In this document: one piece after another, positions 1 to 29,643 of the stretch
Layout of the letters: each line of letters opens with the position of its first letter
How positions within the stretch are numbered: position 1 is the first letter of the stretch
Origin: Owenia fusiformis
Lineage: Eukaryota
DNA: 64,000 bases
NCBI GenBank assembly: GCA_903813345.2
Contig: CAIIXF020000001.1
Location: 43,214,001-43,278,000 of the forward strand
Reading direction: 5' to 3'
Made by a program: the position numbers and the translations under genes
Notes under the pieces: model-generated
What the model was told of the DNA's origin: nothing
Seen by the model: the letters and a program-made list of their open reading frames with translations, nothing else
The model's database searches: none

Positions 1-671
1 TAAATTGGATTCTTAACAAAGAATACATGCAGACTCGGGCAATAAACTCCTTAGTGAACACAACACCTGTTTATCACTGCGAACATCTTTAGAAAATCTG
101 AAAATCTGAAATAGAAGTGAAATACCCTTGGACGTATTTTAGCATAATCTGCAACTTTTTACCATTTTGTGAAATCATTACAAGAACATTACAATACCAA
201 GGGAAATACTTTTTGAAAGGACCACATTTTTAAAGTATTTGATTCTATTATTAATGCAGTTATAATCTTCCTGTTACTTTGGGTTAGAGCCAGTTGCTAG
301 AATTATTACACGAGTATCTCTAAGTAAGGTGCCTTGACTTCTAAGTAAATCAGGATGTCCTAACAACCGGCTGTTAACAACATCATGTTCTAGAGGAAAC
401 TGTGTCTGTATGCTGATGAGGCTCATTGGCCTTAAAAGTGCTCTGTCTCTGAAATACCAACAGTTTCGAAAATTAGTAGTAGTCTACAATTTACGGAATC
501 AGTAGACTTAGAGCTTCTTCCTGAAAATACCAATTAGTTTGAAAAACCAATAAAGTGCCATCATGGGTGCAAGTATTAGAGGTGCAAATTAAGTGCAATT
601 AAGTAAAACTTAGGTATATACTGAAAGAAGGTATGTATCATAGTCACAAGTCAAAAGTTATTCTGAGACCC

Positions 672-746
672 TAGTCTTGCTTCTACTTCTTCAACGTCAT
701 GATAATGAAAAGAATATGGGGAGTCCAGGGTCTTGAAGCAAGACTA
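672..746. mobile_element. 75-bp mini-MITE with 9-bp TSD (Mutator-like)
   Basis: TIR TAGTCTTGCTTC/GAAGCAAGACTA; perfect flanking duplication CTGAGACCC at 663-671 and 747-755. Confidence 0.8.
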
Positions 747-1241
747 CTGAGACCCTTCACTTAACAAACTCTTTCAACTCTTCTAATTGTCTCTGAATTC
801 TGCCTCTATTCAAAAACACATTGTAATGTTAGTTTTCTCACATTCTTAGCTAATAAGTAATGTTCTTAAAAGGAATATTTGCTGACGTAAACGTGTAGCT
901 GTTAACACGCACCTGACCTGTGTCAGTATTAGAGACAATGGTGTCTATACCAATAATTTCTTTAGATCACTATAACCCTTGAACAATATGCATGCCACTG
1001 TGACTTCATACTGCCATGGATTAATCCTCACGTAATAGAAATTAACAATTTAATTATTTAATTAATATTTAGTGCAGTATTAGAATGAGAAAATCTAGAT
1101 CTTTTCTATGTAAATGTATTATGTATAATACACAATATATCAGATAAAGAGCCATTTTCAATCCCTCCATTTTCAATCCCTCCCAGGTGAATAACCTTAT
1201 AAATGTATAAGTACATGTAATGTACATGTTTATGATTGCAG

Positions 1242-16013
<14,772 letters not shown>

Positions 16014-19000
16014 CTGCAAATATTTAAGGCTTCGCCTCCCCTAGTATTTTTTTCCTCGGATAGGTATTCTGGCATATCCACCTCATGGTCATCCAGTATT
16101 TGTTTTACTTTATGTAGTACAAGTGTGTTAAGTTGTATATACAATATGTTAAAATTGCAAAGATGGAAACTTGTTTAAACGTCAACAAAAATGTTTCTAA
16201 ATATCTCTCAATAAATGATCCAATGGAAACAGGTCTTAATAAAAGCTAATCACAGTATGTACAAAACATATGTATGCAAATAAACCTTTGAAAAAAATTA
16301 AACTGTTATTTTACATTGATCATCTCATTGGACATAGGGATATATGGAACACTTCCGTTCATCCATCTGTCTATCTGGAAATCAATCTGTCTGACCAATA
16401 ACTCAAATACCGTTTTATTGTACGCTGTTTAATATGTGTTCTGTGTGAGTTCTGCTTGAGAGTTGAAAGTCTGTTCCAAAATGGCTGCCATTTTAGTGTC
16501 GTTAGTATTTTAGTTTCTTACGGTATTTGTTTTAGTTCAAAATCCAATTTTTCAAATATAAGTCCTATTGAAAAAACGTTGCCACTAGTTCTTTTACTTT
16601 TTTGCTGTAACCTGAAAAATAGTGAAGTGATTTTTTTTATGTCACCACCAAAAGTGCTGGCATATTGTTATAGTCTCCAACTTTTTTTGTGGATGATGTG
16701 AGGCAGTCAGTGTCTGTAACAAATGGCAGATAAACCTCACAGGTAAATCTCACTATAGCTGAGAGAATATTCCAGAAGGTCCAATACTTTTAGATAATCT
16801 CACGAGTGAAAACTAGGTTGAAGCAAACTCATTTAAAGATCAAAAACTTGATGTAGAAGCATTCTTTTTTAAAGAGCCTGTTTGTGCATATACTCATCAA
16901 CATCTGTCTGATTCATGAAAGTGCAAAATGACGATTCTCGGTTTGGAGAACAAAGTTCATCAATCTAAATGAGCATTATCCCTGCATCGGACAAAATTGA
17001 TTTGAATGTCTTCTTTTGAATAGTCATAATTTGGGTAATATTTCTAGATTTTTCGCAAAAAAATATTACTGCAGTACACTGATGAACTTCTTTCCCCAAA
17101 TCGAGACTTGTATTTTATTGAATCGGTCTATTTGAGCATTATCCCTGCTTCCGACCAATTTGTTATTTTTACATATTGTAGATTTAATTGTCCTCTTTTG
17201 AATATTCATAGTTTAATTTGGGTAATATTTCTATATTTTTCATGAAAAACTTTTTAGCCCAGGAGGCTGTTCTCCAAACCGAGAATCGTCCTTTGATCAA
17301 GGTTGCTGGGTCTGAGAAGATTGATCTATGTTTAGCTGTAGGGCTTACATGTGACAATATCACCACAGTGCAGGGGAGTAGCCAACAAATGCTAAGAGAG
17401 GTGCATTACTGCGAGTCCAAAAAGAGGGGTACAGGGGTTCACTCCCAGAAACATTAAATATAAAGTATTCAATGTTGAGTTACCATATCTTAATACTGTT
17501 TTAAAGTTACTAGTTACATAGTCACTCCTGGGATGCAAGCCATGGTGTAAACAAAAAGATCCATCCTCCTGAAGCTGCAGATACATTTCAAGATATCGCC
17601 AAAAAGGCATATGCCATATTAGGGGACATTAGGCTAGGGTAAATAAATAGAATGTTTACAATAAACCCTTATACATGTTATATTAGCATCCATTTCCATT
17701 TGACAAAAAATGTGTTTTTCATAGTGTTGAAAGAATATGAAATAGCTCACCACATAATAGTTTTATTGTACCGTTTATATTACCATCTTCTAAGGCTTCC
17801 ACTATATTGTAGTCTTATCTGTATATACGAGTATATAACCTAGCTTGTTAGTGTTATGCCAATCATAAATCCCTATTATGTTTTATTCTGCCTTATATGA
17901 GGCATATCGCAATCATAATATTTGAAATCAACCAGCCGCCATTTTTTCACTTCACAATTTGAATTGCAAGTTTTGGTCTTATTACCTCACAAAAACTTTT
18001 AAAACGCACACAATGTGATCAATGTATTAGTTCAAATCTTTTGAATTGCTATCACAGCGAAAGATAAAAACATTAAACATTATTTTTTTATAAAAAATTA
18101 AACAAGGCACAGGACGTGAACGAGATCACACCATCAAATAGGCAGACACTATGAACCAGGAAAACTGTTCTCCTATTATGTTTACAAATTTCAAGAACAA
18201 GAAACAAGATTTTTCAAAAAAACTTCAAAATGGCCACCAGAAAACAAGATGGCCGCCAAAAAGTTAATCAGCTCTAGTACTTGATATCCTCTATCATGTG
18301 TGTAAATTTGAAGGAAATCCGATGAGCAGTTTTCCTGAAATGGCGATGACAAGATTTTTCGAAAAACCTTCAAAATAGCCGCCAGAAAACAAGATGGCCA
18401 CCCAAAAGTTAATCAGCTCTAGTACTTCATATGCTCTATCATCTCTGCGAATTTGGAGAAAATCTGATGAGCAGTTTTCCTTAAACGGCGATGACAAAAA
18501 GCGGGACGATCACGACCACGACCAGTATGACGACTATTTCCCACCGATGGTGTGATAAAAAACAATACATTCAGAGCTCTCTAATACATTATAAGCAGTT
18601 TCTTTTGAGAACTGGAAACATTATATACAGTGTATGCCCAAAAAAAATATAATTAATCCAGTGTTTTGTTGATTGAAAATTTGTTTTTGCCAAATAAAAA
18701 TAATTAGAAATTAAAGAAATGGAACTTACTAGTTTTTTGTTTGGTCTCAAGTTCATTTTTATTAATGATGATAGTGGAACTATTTCAGACAGGGTGTTCA
18801 TAATATCTCTATACAGTTTTCATATACAAGTTTCATTGTATTTTAGAAAAATTGGATATTTATTTTGGATATGCTAGAAAAGCATATTAAAATGTACTAC
18901 TATTTTTTTATGATTCCATCATAAATGAGATTTTAAAAATTAAAGGGTTGCATGTTTGTGTCACACTGTTTATAAAATGTGGCTCGGTCTCAAAAAATAA

Positions 19001-19661
19001 TTATTCCGTATTCTCTCTAATGACCACAGAGTTCCAATGAGATTTTTCTTTTCTAAATATTTTGTATGTGTACTTATTGGAATCTCAATATCTTGCACTT
19101 TTAAATTTCAATTTGGAACCTGCACTGTGCGCTCATTAGGGATAATAGAATACGGTAAACACCTGTTATTTTTAATAACAAATCAATTATGTTTATTATT
19201 CAATTCATGTGTATTTGTTTTTTATTAAGAAAATGTAGGCCAAATTAAATGTTACCTCATACAATTCAAATAATATTTGAGGAGCACTCTCAAATAAATG
19301 TTTCAATGGTGTATCAAAGTGTAAACAATCACATTTAGATTGGTGACTATTCAGTGTATTCACTGATTTTTCTCAATTTAAAATTTACTTCTTTTTTAAA
19401 ATTAATCTTTCTTAGCAAAATGCAATAGACTTTTACCCCCTCCCTAAATGTATTAATCAGTTTTTTAACAAAGTATCTCCTGGTTCCATTTATTACATCA
19501 AACAAACAGACATGTAGAAGCTCCCATCAAAACATTCAAAAGATCTGTTCATAAGGTTTGAAAAGGTTTTCAGATCAATCAAACTCATTAAGGCCGTGTC
19601 TATGACACTTCAATTAACTGACGCTTGACACACAACTTTATAGTTTTCCATCAATCCTATA

Positions 19662-22075
19662 TCAAGATTCCTCTTGGTTATCCTTTGACTCTTTGGTCTT
19701 ATTCATTCCTTCCAAACTTTTCAAAAACATTTGTTCTTTCTTTTCCTTTCTCATCTTCTTTCTTCTTGCTTTCTCCTCTGCTTCTTTAGTTTCAAGCATA
19801 AGTTTGAATTTAGCGTCACTAGCACTAACTTCATAACCATAAAATTCCCTGGCTTCATCCAAAAGTTTCTGTCTCTTTTCAGCTTGTTTTATTTTTTCTT
19901 CTCCCTGTTTCTGTAACTTTTGGCGATACTTTTCAATATGCTTTGGCATCTCTGCCATTTTCTTCTCAATATCAGCCATTCTGAAACAAAGTTATATACA
20001 ATGATATATTAATAAATTTTCAAGAATGAATTTTGGGAGGATGGGTTTATTGAGATTAGGTAAAGGAGTTCCTAAACTATAAGGTTCATGACTGTTACGT
20101 GAGTTAATTTGGCACTCGTTATTTTGGTAAATGTTTTTTGAAACAATTTCCAAATAACTTCTTTCTATAAAATATAAATCCTCTGGAATTTGTTCTTTTT
20201 CAGAAAAGATTTTTGAATTGAAGATTTTTAATAAAATATCATACAGTATGATTAATACCAAATCTCATGACCCAAATAAAAGCAATTGTTGATATAGTCT
20301 AATTGTAGCATACATGTAGAACATAAACACAGTATAATATTGTTAAACTACATGGACATGGATGAGGGCTGTATTTAGAGTTGGTATACTTTTCTTGAGA
20401 CATTAAAAATGGCTGTCATGACTGAGCCAACATGTCCAAAATCTAACCAGATAAAGAATGGGGTAATTTAAAGAAGATGTAATTGTGAAGCTGGTTTCCT
20501 CAGGGGAAGATTTCCCAAATATAAGCATAGGTACTGGCACATTCAATTACCAATTTTATAAACAGGCCTTATTTGCCATTGAAACTGATCTCAGAATGTT
20601 CTCTGTTGTCTTATGATTATTCTCTACAAGTTTCTATAGAGTAACTTAAATTGTGTTACCATAGTTTAGAAATGATTATGTTCAACTGAAACTCAAGCCA
20701 TTTTCAAATTTTACTTTGCTCATGCGCGGCTTTGAGAAAACATGTGCTCATGATTGTTCATGCAATTTGATTGGACATCACATACTGATGGGCATGGTTT
20801 TAATAAAATATTTTCAAGAATACTAAGCCAATACCAAAGAATTCTCACTTCTGCGTTTTCCTTTCAAAGTTTGCAGATAAGGATTTTAGCATTTGACTTC
20901 AAAATGGCCGACAGGAAGTACAATGTAGGTATCAAGTAAGAGGGGGAGAAACCCCAGGGTTCAAAGATGACATACGCTTATAATGTAAATCTGTATTGAG
21001 ATGACATCGTCGCTGATTGGTTAAGCGAGTCAATCGTTGATTGGTTTAAAACTAGGTCAATTTGAAAACTTTGAAAACCAAGATGGAGGGTACGTTTTCG
21101 ACAAAAGGAGGTGTGCGAAGGAGGAAATCGTATGTCATCAATTGAATCATGGGGTTTTCCCTCCTCTTGTATCAAGTAGAATTTATTTTTGCTACATCCC
21201 CTTTTGGTATCTATAACACTATTTGGTTCAACCCTTTTCAATATAATGAAATCATCCCACCAAACAAGTCATAATAAGGCATAAACATGCAAAATGTCAC
21301 CACCTGCCATTTGTTACAGATGCTGAATGGCAGACACTTACTGCTGTCACAAAAAGTTGGAGACCATAACATGTCAACACCAAATGGTAACCACATTTGG
21401 TGGTCACTGGTCAGGTGATATAAATATTAAAGAAATTTTATAGGTATTCTATTTTTGACTGTAATATGTTGCCTAAATCACGATCTGTAATAAATATATG
21501 GGGAGACGTATTACCATACTCTACACTTATTGGCTGCAGAATTCAGTAATACAAGTATATCGTGTATGCACATACTTTTCATCATATTTATCTTGCTTAG
21601 CTTTTTTGGCCGCTTTCATCTGAGATATACGTTCTTCTATGGGAGGCTCAAATATCTTGTCAATTTCTTTGAGTTCAACAAATGTTTCTTTGGAAGGCCA
21701 GCAATAACCTGGATGCACTTCAGATGAGAAACCATATTTAGCAAATCGACGTCGTTGTTCCCGAACTAATTTTTCCCAAGGACGAGTCTCATCTATTTCA
21801 TTCGTTTGATTAACATGCTTCATCATATTACGCTTACGTGGAAGCAATCCTGAAATATCTTTGACTTGTTCATTTTCTTTACGATTTTCAAGTTCTATAT
21901 TTTCATCAGTGTCAAGTTCATCGTGAATGACGACTGGTTCCTTTGAGTCGGATGAGTAACATTTGACCACTGGCGCAATGAACCTTTTACACACTTGATC
22001 ATTACTTTTAGATGTCAATGTTTTGTAAAATCTGATTGTTTTTGAGACATTTCCTACAACCATACTCATGGCCAT
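19662..22075 (-). CDS. GADD45GIP1: GADD45GIP1/CRIF1 (mitochondrial ribosomal protein mL64), 2 coding exons
   Basis: Exons 22075-21576 and 19980-19662 join in frame (AA|A). N-terminus looks like a mitochondrial presequence. Motifs RRRFAKYGFSSEVHPGYCWPSKE and LLDEAREFYGYEVSASDAKFKLMLETKEAEEK match the family. Confidence 0.9.
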
Positions 22076-22842
22076 TTTATATATGGGGCGGTTCATGAAA
22101 CTGGAGTTCTCTAAATTAGAGGAGAAAAAGTTTTCATACTGAACAAAAAATTTCAACGCATTTAGACGTTTTACAGGCTTTTATAACTGGTAAATATTTA
22201 TATTACGGTGCATTTTGTAATTAATTAGATCCATAAATCATATGATTATTCGATTGTGAAATAGATTTTTAGAGATCATCGATCTTTGTTATAGAACTTC
22301 CCGTCCTAAGACAGTAGGCCTTTACAGTCGGAGATAAACCAACCATCAAGTTGTCACAATGAGATAAATTCTTAGTTTCATGCACAGATATAGGCCAGAT
22401 TAATTTGTAGTAGGATCTCATAGGCTCAAAGAATAATTCACAAGATACGACACTAAATTGGAAAATTTCAAAAAAATATGACCACCTTTTAAAAATGTTT
22501 CTTATACAAAATGGTACCTGCTTCCCCATGACAGATTTTGCACTCATTTTATAGCTGAGATCTTCATCTTTCTATTTCTACTTGTTTGGTTCGAGTAAAT
22601 AACCTATGGATGCAGTTATCTGACTTTTAATACGGCGAATATTTTTCACGAGATCCGGACTCTTGTGTGTCCAAATATCATTGTACTGATGACGTCACAT
22701 TTCTGGAACCACTGGAGCACCATTCAGATTTGGACAGACAAGAGTCCGGGGATAAAATATCACTGTTTTGGCAAGCAGACTTGCTTGAATAACGGTCATT
22801 GGTGATAAAAAAGTTAAAGAATAACAAGATGCTTCGAATGAG
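22076..22842. promoter_or_regulatory. Probable divergent promoter region GADD45GIP1/TOE1
   Basis: Genes are head-to-head. YY1-like AAAATGGC overlaps the GADD45GIP1 start; TGACGTCA at 22690-22697; candidate TOE1 non-coding exon donor GAG|GTATGA at 22843. Confidence 0.45.
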
Positions 22843-23111
22843 GTATGATTTGTCTCATATTTTTCAGAAATGGCTCCATAATCGTCATTTTAAAATTTGA
22901 AATTTTCTGAGGTGTCTCATCTTGAGGAATATTTATTGAGCTACTGATCTTACTACAAAAAAATCTGGCCGGGATCTATGGTTTCATGCCTCAAACTCTC
23001 CCAAGCGGTAGAAAAATAATTCCTGTTCACTCTAAGTAGCTAAATAAATGAATCCAAGGCTTCATACCTGCAAATGATGGATAAATTCCTACCAAATCGA
23101 ACGAATGTTTT

Positions 23112-23557
23112 CCGAACTCCTGTGCAGTGATATATCACTGCGGCGGGCAGGTATCTCACAGTAAGCATGGTAACTTCGTAATAAACAACTGATGTGATTG
23201 GTTCTAGTCTCATGCTCAGGTCGCGTGATTGTAAAATTTAGACAATTTCATTGGTTGAATTGCGCGTATAATAAACAAATAAATATACTACATGTAATAA
23301 ACAACACGTGCGGTAAACTATTATCAACACAACTTTTACTCAGATTTCCTTCTTGGTGATTTCTTCTCATATTTCAATAATTTTGAAATATTTTGACAAA
23401 ATAATGTTTGGGGAACATTCATGAATACATATTTTATAAGTTGTGTGAAAATTGACCACATATATGATGAAAAGGGGAACTATTTTCCCCAAATTTTGGG
23501 GATTTTCTTCATCTGCCTGCCGCAGTGTCTATACCGAGACACTGCATGGGAGTTCGA
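23112..23557. mobile_element. MITE-like inverted repeat element
   Basis: CGAACTCCTGTGCAGTG...CACTGCGGCGGGCAG versus CTGCCTGCCGCAGTG...CACTGCATGGGAGTTCG. Confidence 0.6.
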
Positions 23558-24050
23558 ATGTTTTCGTGAATCGCCATGTTTGTGAGCCAAGGGAGGATTG
23601 ACTCCCAGCAGAATGCAACATCAGTTAACCTTATTTGCACGTGTCATGTTCCATTCTGGAAGCCAATCCTTATTGTGGCGTAATCGGGCTCTAAAATCAC
23701 CTCAACATTGGAAGAGTCGGCATTAACATGTGAATATCACTTCAAATTATTTTTAAATTCCTATTTGTCATTATGGACACAAATTCCACTATATTTGTAT
23801 GTTCGGGACTGAGAAAATAGAGCACTCCATTCACTGAGGTAAGAATTTATGACATATGTGACAAAATGTCTTTTTCATCATGTTAGTAATTATTTATGTT
23901 CACCACTTTGGCTTCTTCTAAGGCCACTATATCGTGGCCTTCGTCCAAAGATAAATCCCTACATGTTTTTTACTCCTGTATACGGGTCATATCGTAATCA
24001 TAAAATTTGAAATCAAATGTTCGCCATTTTTCCACTTCACAATTTGATTT

Positions 24051-24662
24051 GGGAGTTTTGGTCGTATTACCTCACCAACAATTCCAAAACACTCATGAAG
24101 TGATCAAGTCTTTGTATAAAAAACCTCCTACCTCATACCCACCTACCCACCTACGTGGAACATGATACAGTCATTGAAGGGTTCAATTTAAAGATTATTG
24201 AATTTCAAAATAGCTCAAATTATTAACATTTCTACAACTCTGGCTTTATTTAATGACTAGACAGATGACAGATCCATAAATAAAGGCATATGGATGCATT
24301 TTAATGTGTAATGACCCGAAGACGCCCCAGGGGAATAAATAACTAACAGCCGCGAGCATAGGTCCAACAAGCCAGATAAAGAAATTGAAAGAAAGAGTGC
24401 TAAATTTGATACTCCGAGTGGGAATCAAACCCAGCTGGGATGTAGTAGCAACTTGCTATCAAGGGTCGTTACAAATGCATTTATAATTCATCATAAACTA
24501 AGATTTAATAAACTAAGATCTTTAAAATTGAACCTTTCAAAAACTGTATAATGTCCCACGAAGTGGGTAGGTGGGTATGAGGTAGGAGGTTTTTATAAAA
24601 AGACTTGATCACTTCATGTGTGTTTTGGAATTTTTGGTAAGGTAATATGACCAAAACTCGCA
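24051..24662. repeat. Foldback with about 145-bp inverted arms enclosing a SINE-like fragment
   Basis: 24051-24196 is an inverted repeat of about 24515-24662. B-box-like GGGTTTGATTCCC on the minus strand near 24420-24433. 23950-24110 also resembles 17865-18020. Confidence 0.65.
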
Positions 24663-24872
24663 ATTAATAAAAACTCAGATGTCATCTTCTCAGAATTTTT
24701 TCGAGATTTTCAAACCAGAAGTGCAGAACTGGAACTGACCCAAATAAAATTATTGTCTATATTTGTCATACTTGGTGTATTGAGCACACCCATAGTATCC
24801 TTGACAACTATGTATTTTATTTATTACTTGGAATGGTTTCTGGTTTCAGCGTGCAATACAACACATCTAAGG

Positions 24873-27800
24873 ATGACATCACAATTCCAGCATGTTCCGA
24901 TTATCGAAGTTGACAAAGATAATTTCACTGAGATGTGGCCACAAATTCTACTGGCCATGAAAACTTCTACATTCATCTCTATTGATGCAGTAAGTGAATA
25001 TTTACAGTTTGTTTGTTGATCTTTAATATAAAGGAAACAGCATACTGTTTGTAATATAAATTGATTTCAAATTACATGTGCTATGTCTTACCAGTACATG
25101 TTCATATGCATGCATGTACATCTGTTATGAGAAAAATGAATAAATACAAGGTATACATAAAATGAATCATTTTCTTCTAAATTTCTATGTTTTTACTTCC
25201 AGGAATTGAGTGGGTTGGGAGAGAGGAAAAAACTAAATTCCAAGTAAGTACATGTAATCTCAGTTGGTAAAACCCAGAATGTTCATCTTGAATAGCCATA
25301 CAGTAATCGTAAATTTACAATGACTTCATTGTCACATATTGAAACTTAATGATTTTTAGCCTAATATTGGTGCAGAATATATAAAAATGTATAGATGCTA
25401 CCTATTCAGGCTATTGAAATTTAAAGGTAAGAATATGGTACATCTACTACAGTATATGGTGGTCTGATTTGAAGTGATTTTAGACATCAACGCTTGGTGG
25501 TTTCTTTCATAAATATGTGAATTTACTCAGTTACATATCTTATTAAAAGTATTCACCATTTTATCTTATAGAGATGTTGAAGAGAGATATAGTTTAATGT
25601 CAGAGGTGGCCAGAACTAGATCCATTCTGTCAATTGGACTTTCATGCTTCAAGATTCAGCCACCTCGTAGCCCAGAATCAGAGAAATCTGAAAATATGGA
25701 CAAGTCATTGACATTTCTGGTACAGACTTTTAACCTGGTGTTGCTATGTTGTCAGGATTACATTGTGGAACCCATGTCTCTAGAGTTCCTAGTTAATCAT
25801 GGCTTTGACTTCAACAAGCAGTATGCTAAAGGAATACACTATTACAGAGGGAATGATAAGGTACATAATGGTAACTTATAGTACTCTACTCCTGGTAATT
25901 GTCGCGTGCTACTATATTTTGCAGTTTTCGCAAGTTTTGGAAACTTTGCGAAACATAAAAGCTGCAAAATTCCAAAAGATCTAATTCGCAAAAATTAGTA
26001 GCCGCGAAATTTCTAATAATATCATTTTATGTTGCAAAGCCACTCTTAAAGTTACTCTTACTCCTAAATATTTAAAGAGGAAAACCTGAAACAAATACTC
26101 TTAGTTTGTCAGCCTGATAGTTATTATGGTGATAAACTCGCCCTATCAAATTATATAGAAAAGAATAATTATCCCATCGAATGAAGTTCAGAGGGATATA
26201 GGGAACGCCTCCATCCGTCTGTCCGTACGTACATCCGTCCATCTGTCCGGGCAATAACTCAAATACCGTTGGCCCAATTTTGTTCATATTTTGTACATAT
26301 ATACCCTATGGAGGTAGAAGTTCTGTTCGATGGGATTTGCTGCATTGTTGTCTAGTTATACTTAAGTAAGAATTGTAAATTCATTTAGCCCTTTACTTTT
26401 CTTTATTATTACAGAAAGATGCAAAGAAAGACCAGAAAATGATGCGTCAATTATTCTCTGAACTATTAATTGCCCAAGTCCCTATAGTTTGCCACAATGG
26501 ACTAGTCGATCTGGTGTACTTACGTCAGAATCTCTACGCAGAACTTCCTGGGAAACTTTCCACTTTCATTTCTGATCTCAGTGAAATGTTTTCTGCTGGT
26601 GTTTATGATACAAAATATATTGTGGAGTTTGAATCTCGAATGCAAGCTACATATTTGGAGTATGTCTTCAAGAAAAGGTGAGTTGAACGCAATTTTAAGA
26701 TGATAAGATGAACTAGCTATGATCAAAAACTGAGCCAATCAGATTGAAGCATAGCTCTCCATTTCTCCATACATGAATCGACCATTCATTTAATCAGTCT
26801 TTATCTTGTGTAATGTCCCTGTTTAGTGTTACGGATTGGTGACACAAGAAGGACAGCTTGTCGATTCTTTGACAAACAGCTCCTTCATTTTTATAATTGA
26901 ATCAGAATAAATGATGATAAATCACAAATAGCTATGCAAGGTATGTCCTGTTCCAGCCAATCCGAACACAGTATTTTATATAAATGCACTGCATTATATA
27001 ACAAATAACTCACCCAAGGTCATTGGTCGAATGGTTGTCAAGTTGACAACTTGCCTCTATGGATTGAAATTGATGCTTTGCCAACTTGACCGTTGTAAAA
27101 AGTTGCATTGAAAATATGTTCTGTCAGTGATTCCATATCTTTTTGGTGATTTCGTAGAAAATATTTTGCGATGTGTGAAAAGAATTTAAGCCCAATACAT
27201 GATGCATTGTGGCTGATTTATTCCCCTCAGGTGTTATTGTCTAAGCTTCAAACTCGATGTTGCACATCTCGTTCAAATGTAGAAATAACACAATGGTCCA
27301 GTCCACATTGCACTGAGTTAGGGCATTAATCCTTAATTAAATTTCATCATTAAGTAGCTTATTACTAATTGCTCCTGTAATATCAATCCAAATTATAATA
27401 TTGTTTCATTATTTTTATTTTAGCCAGAGAGATAATAATGTAAATGCCACAACCGGCAAAAGATTCGTCAAGTTAGACTTTATCAAGTACCCAGATAGCT
27501 TCCTAAATGTGGTGCTAACTCAGTGTGTACCTGAAGAGGTGCAAGCTTCTATTGATGCTATGCAAGTCTGTGAAAACTATGCAGTAAGTTTTAATGCAAT
27601 GTCAAATAAGGTATTGAAATACTTAAATCAATAACAAAAAATAGTCCATGTATAATGGTGATAAAATAATTTTTTTCCTAGATTGTTCGACCCAGTGCCT
27701 GTGGAAATGTATCCAATTTCTTAGCTTGGAATGTGTCAAAACCAACTACATGCATAATAAGTTGTTTAGTTTTTTCATACATTTTGAAAATTTGGTGAAA

Positions 27801-28541
27801 ATAGTATTCATGGGGTATTGCCCAAAAAGTGTTTATTTTGGGGTCATCATCAAAGTTGAGTAGGTTATACATCAAAATTGTCATTTATCCTTTCAGAACT
27901 TTGGCTGGTGCAGTCTAGGTAGCACATGCCCAAAATCCCACAATTTGGATGATATTCTCGATCATGAAAATTCAGTCCTAGACAAGAAAGCAGAGAAAAA
28001 GAAAAACCGTAGGAAAAGAAAAAGGAAACAGTCTAATAATACTGAGACTGAGGACATAGAAAATGAAGAATCATCAATGAGTAGACCTGAAACCAATGTG
28101 CTTAATAAGGAACTTGATATGACAACTAATGGTTTAGCTTCGGCTGTAATTGGTACCCCTGCTGAATCAGGTGTCAAAATTCATTCTTCAGAGACAAAAA
28201 GTGTTGACGATGCCCCAGATAGAAACAGTACTGGCACCGTCATTACCAGTGCCACTTCACATTTAACCAGGGGACAAAATGGTGGGCATCGTGCTGGCTT
28301 CGATGCCTTTATGACTGGCTTTGCAATGGCAACGTTTATTACTAAATGTGGAAAATATGAGACGAAGGACATTTCAGCTAAAACTATAATGGCAGATTTT
28401 AAAATTGAGTCATTGGTAAATCGTGTCTTTCTTTGTGGAAAAGATTTTCCACTTCAAATCGCTAAAAGCAATTTTTCCAAGACATCAAAAGATCACTCAG
28501 AAAAATGGGAAAAGTTATGTATATTGGCTGGTCAGAAATAA
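24873..28541 (+). CDS. TOE1: TOE1 (target of EGR1, CAF1-family DEDD deadenylase with CCCH zinc finger), 6 coding exons
   Basis: Coding exons 24873-24989, 25203-25243, 25572-25860, 26415-26677, 27424-27583, 27897-28541. DEDD residues in SIDAELSG, HNGLVDL and HRAGFDAFMTG. CCCH finger CENYANFGWCSLGSTCPKSH is split across an intron. Basic NLS KKKNRRKRKRK; FLVNHGFDFNKQY motif. Confidence 0.95.
26168..26335. repeat. Member of a dispersed Helitron-like repeat family
   Basis: GGGATATAGGGAAC...CATCCGTC...AATAACTCAAATAC motif recurs at about 16335-16410, 28650-29100 (tandem), 36780-37290 (-) and 40310-40500 (-). Confidence 0.6.
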
Positions 28542-29504
28542 AAATTCAGTTGTCATATCAAAGGTCTTGTTGTGTTTATCCCACCAAAAAGAAAAGCCTT
28601 ATGGGAATAGTACTTCTGCTTGAAAAGGAATTTTCAATATGACTGCTAAATTCAAAATGGCCACCAATTTTCCAAAAAAATGTAATATTTGATAACTCAA
28701 ATACAAGTCAACGGATTTGGTTCAAATTTTGTAAGCCGATGCCCCAGAAGACTGTAGGGACAAAAATGGATTTTAAGATGGCCATCGTATTTAAAATTAA
28801 GAAATGTAATCTTTGATAGCTCAAATACCAGTCAACAGATTTGGTTCAAATAGCATATGCTGATGGCCCCAGGAAATGGGACTCTGTTGAAGAAATTTTG
28901 AAGATGGCTGTACGGTTTTCTCATAAAAAAGTAATATGTGATAACTCATATACCAGTTGACATATTTGGTTTTTGCTCAAGATGGCTGCTTTATTCAAAA
29001 TGTCTGCCTTAATTCATGAAAATGTAATCTGTTACCTCACATAATGGTTGACAAATTTTGTATGCTGGTGCCCTAGGAACAAAGGACTTTACCCGAGAAG
29101 AAAGATTGCTGCTGAATTCAAAATTTATGGCAAAAAATGTTCAAATGCATAATTGATTTGATAAAATATCGTTTGTTCATTGGACTTTGCAACTCCTTGG
29201 AGTCACTGTTTTTCTAGTTGATACACTTAAAGTGTACGAGATTATTGAGAAACCATGTTGGGTACATGCAAGTAATTTGGTACTATAAATAGGGCAAACA
29301 AAGAATGTATTAGTACTTAGATGTCTTCCTAAAATGTGATTCTTTTATCGATCGTAAAATCAAAAAATCATGAAATAGATCCCATGAATACATTGAACAA
29401 TATTCCATATTAATTCATCAAGGTACCATCAATGTATTGTGTACACTGTATACACCTTGCTATGTGTCATGGATTGTTCAAGCTGAATGAATTTAGGCCA
29501 GTAA

Positions 29505-29643
29505 TGCCTGGGTCACATTTGCTCGGATTCATCTGCTGGCGCCTGCCGATTGAGTATTTTGTTCAGAATTGCATTCATTTTTGAACAAAATACTCAATCA
29601 GCCGGGCGCCAGCCGATAAATCGGAGCAAATGTGACCGAGGCA
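29505..29643. mobile_element. 139-bp hairpin MITE with TAA TSD (PIF/Harbinger-like)
   Basis: TAA|TGCCTGGGTCACATTTGCTC ... GAGCAAATGTGACCGAGGCA|TAA; almost the whole element is self-complementary. Confidence 0.85.
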
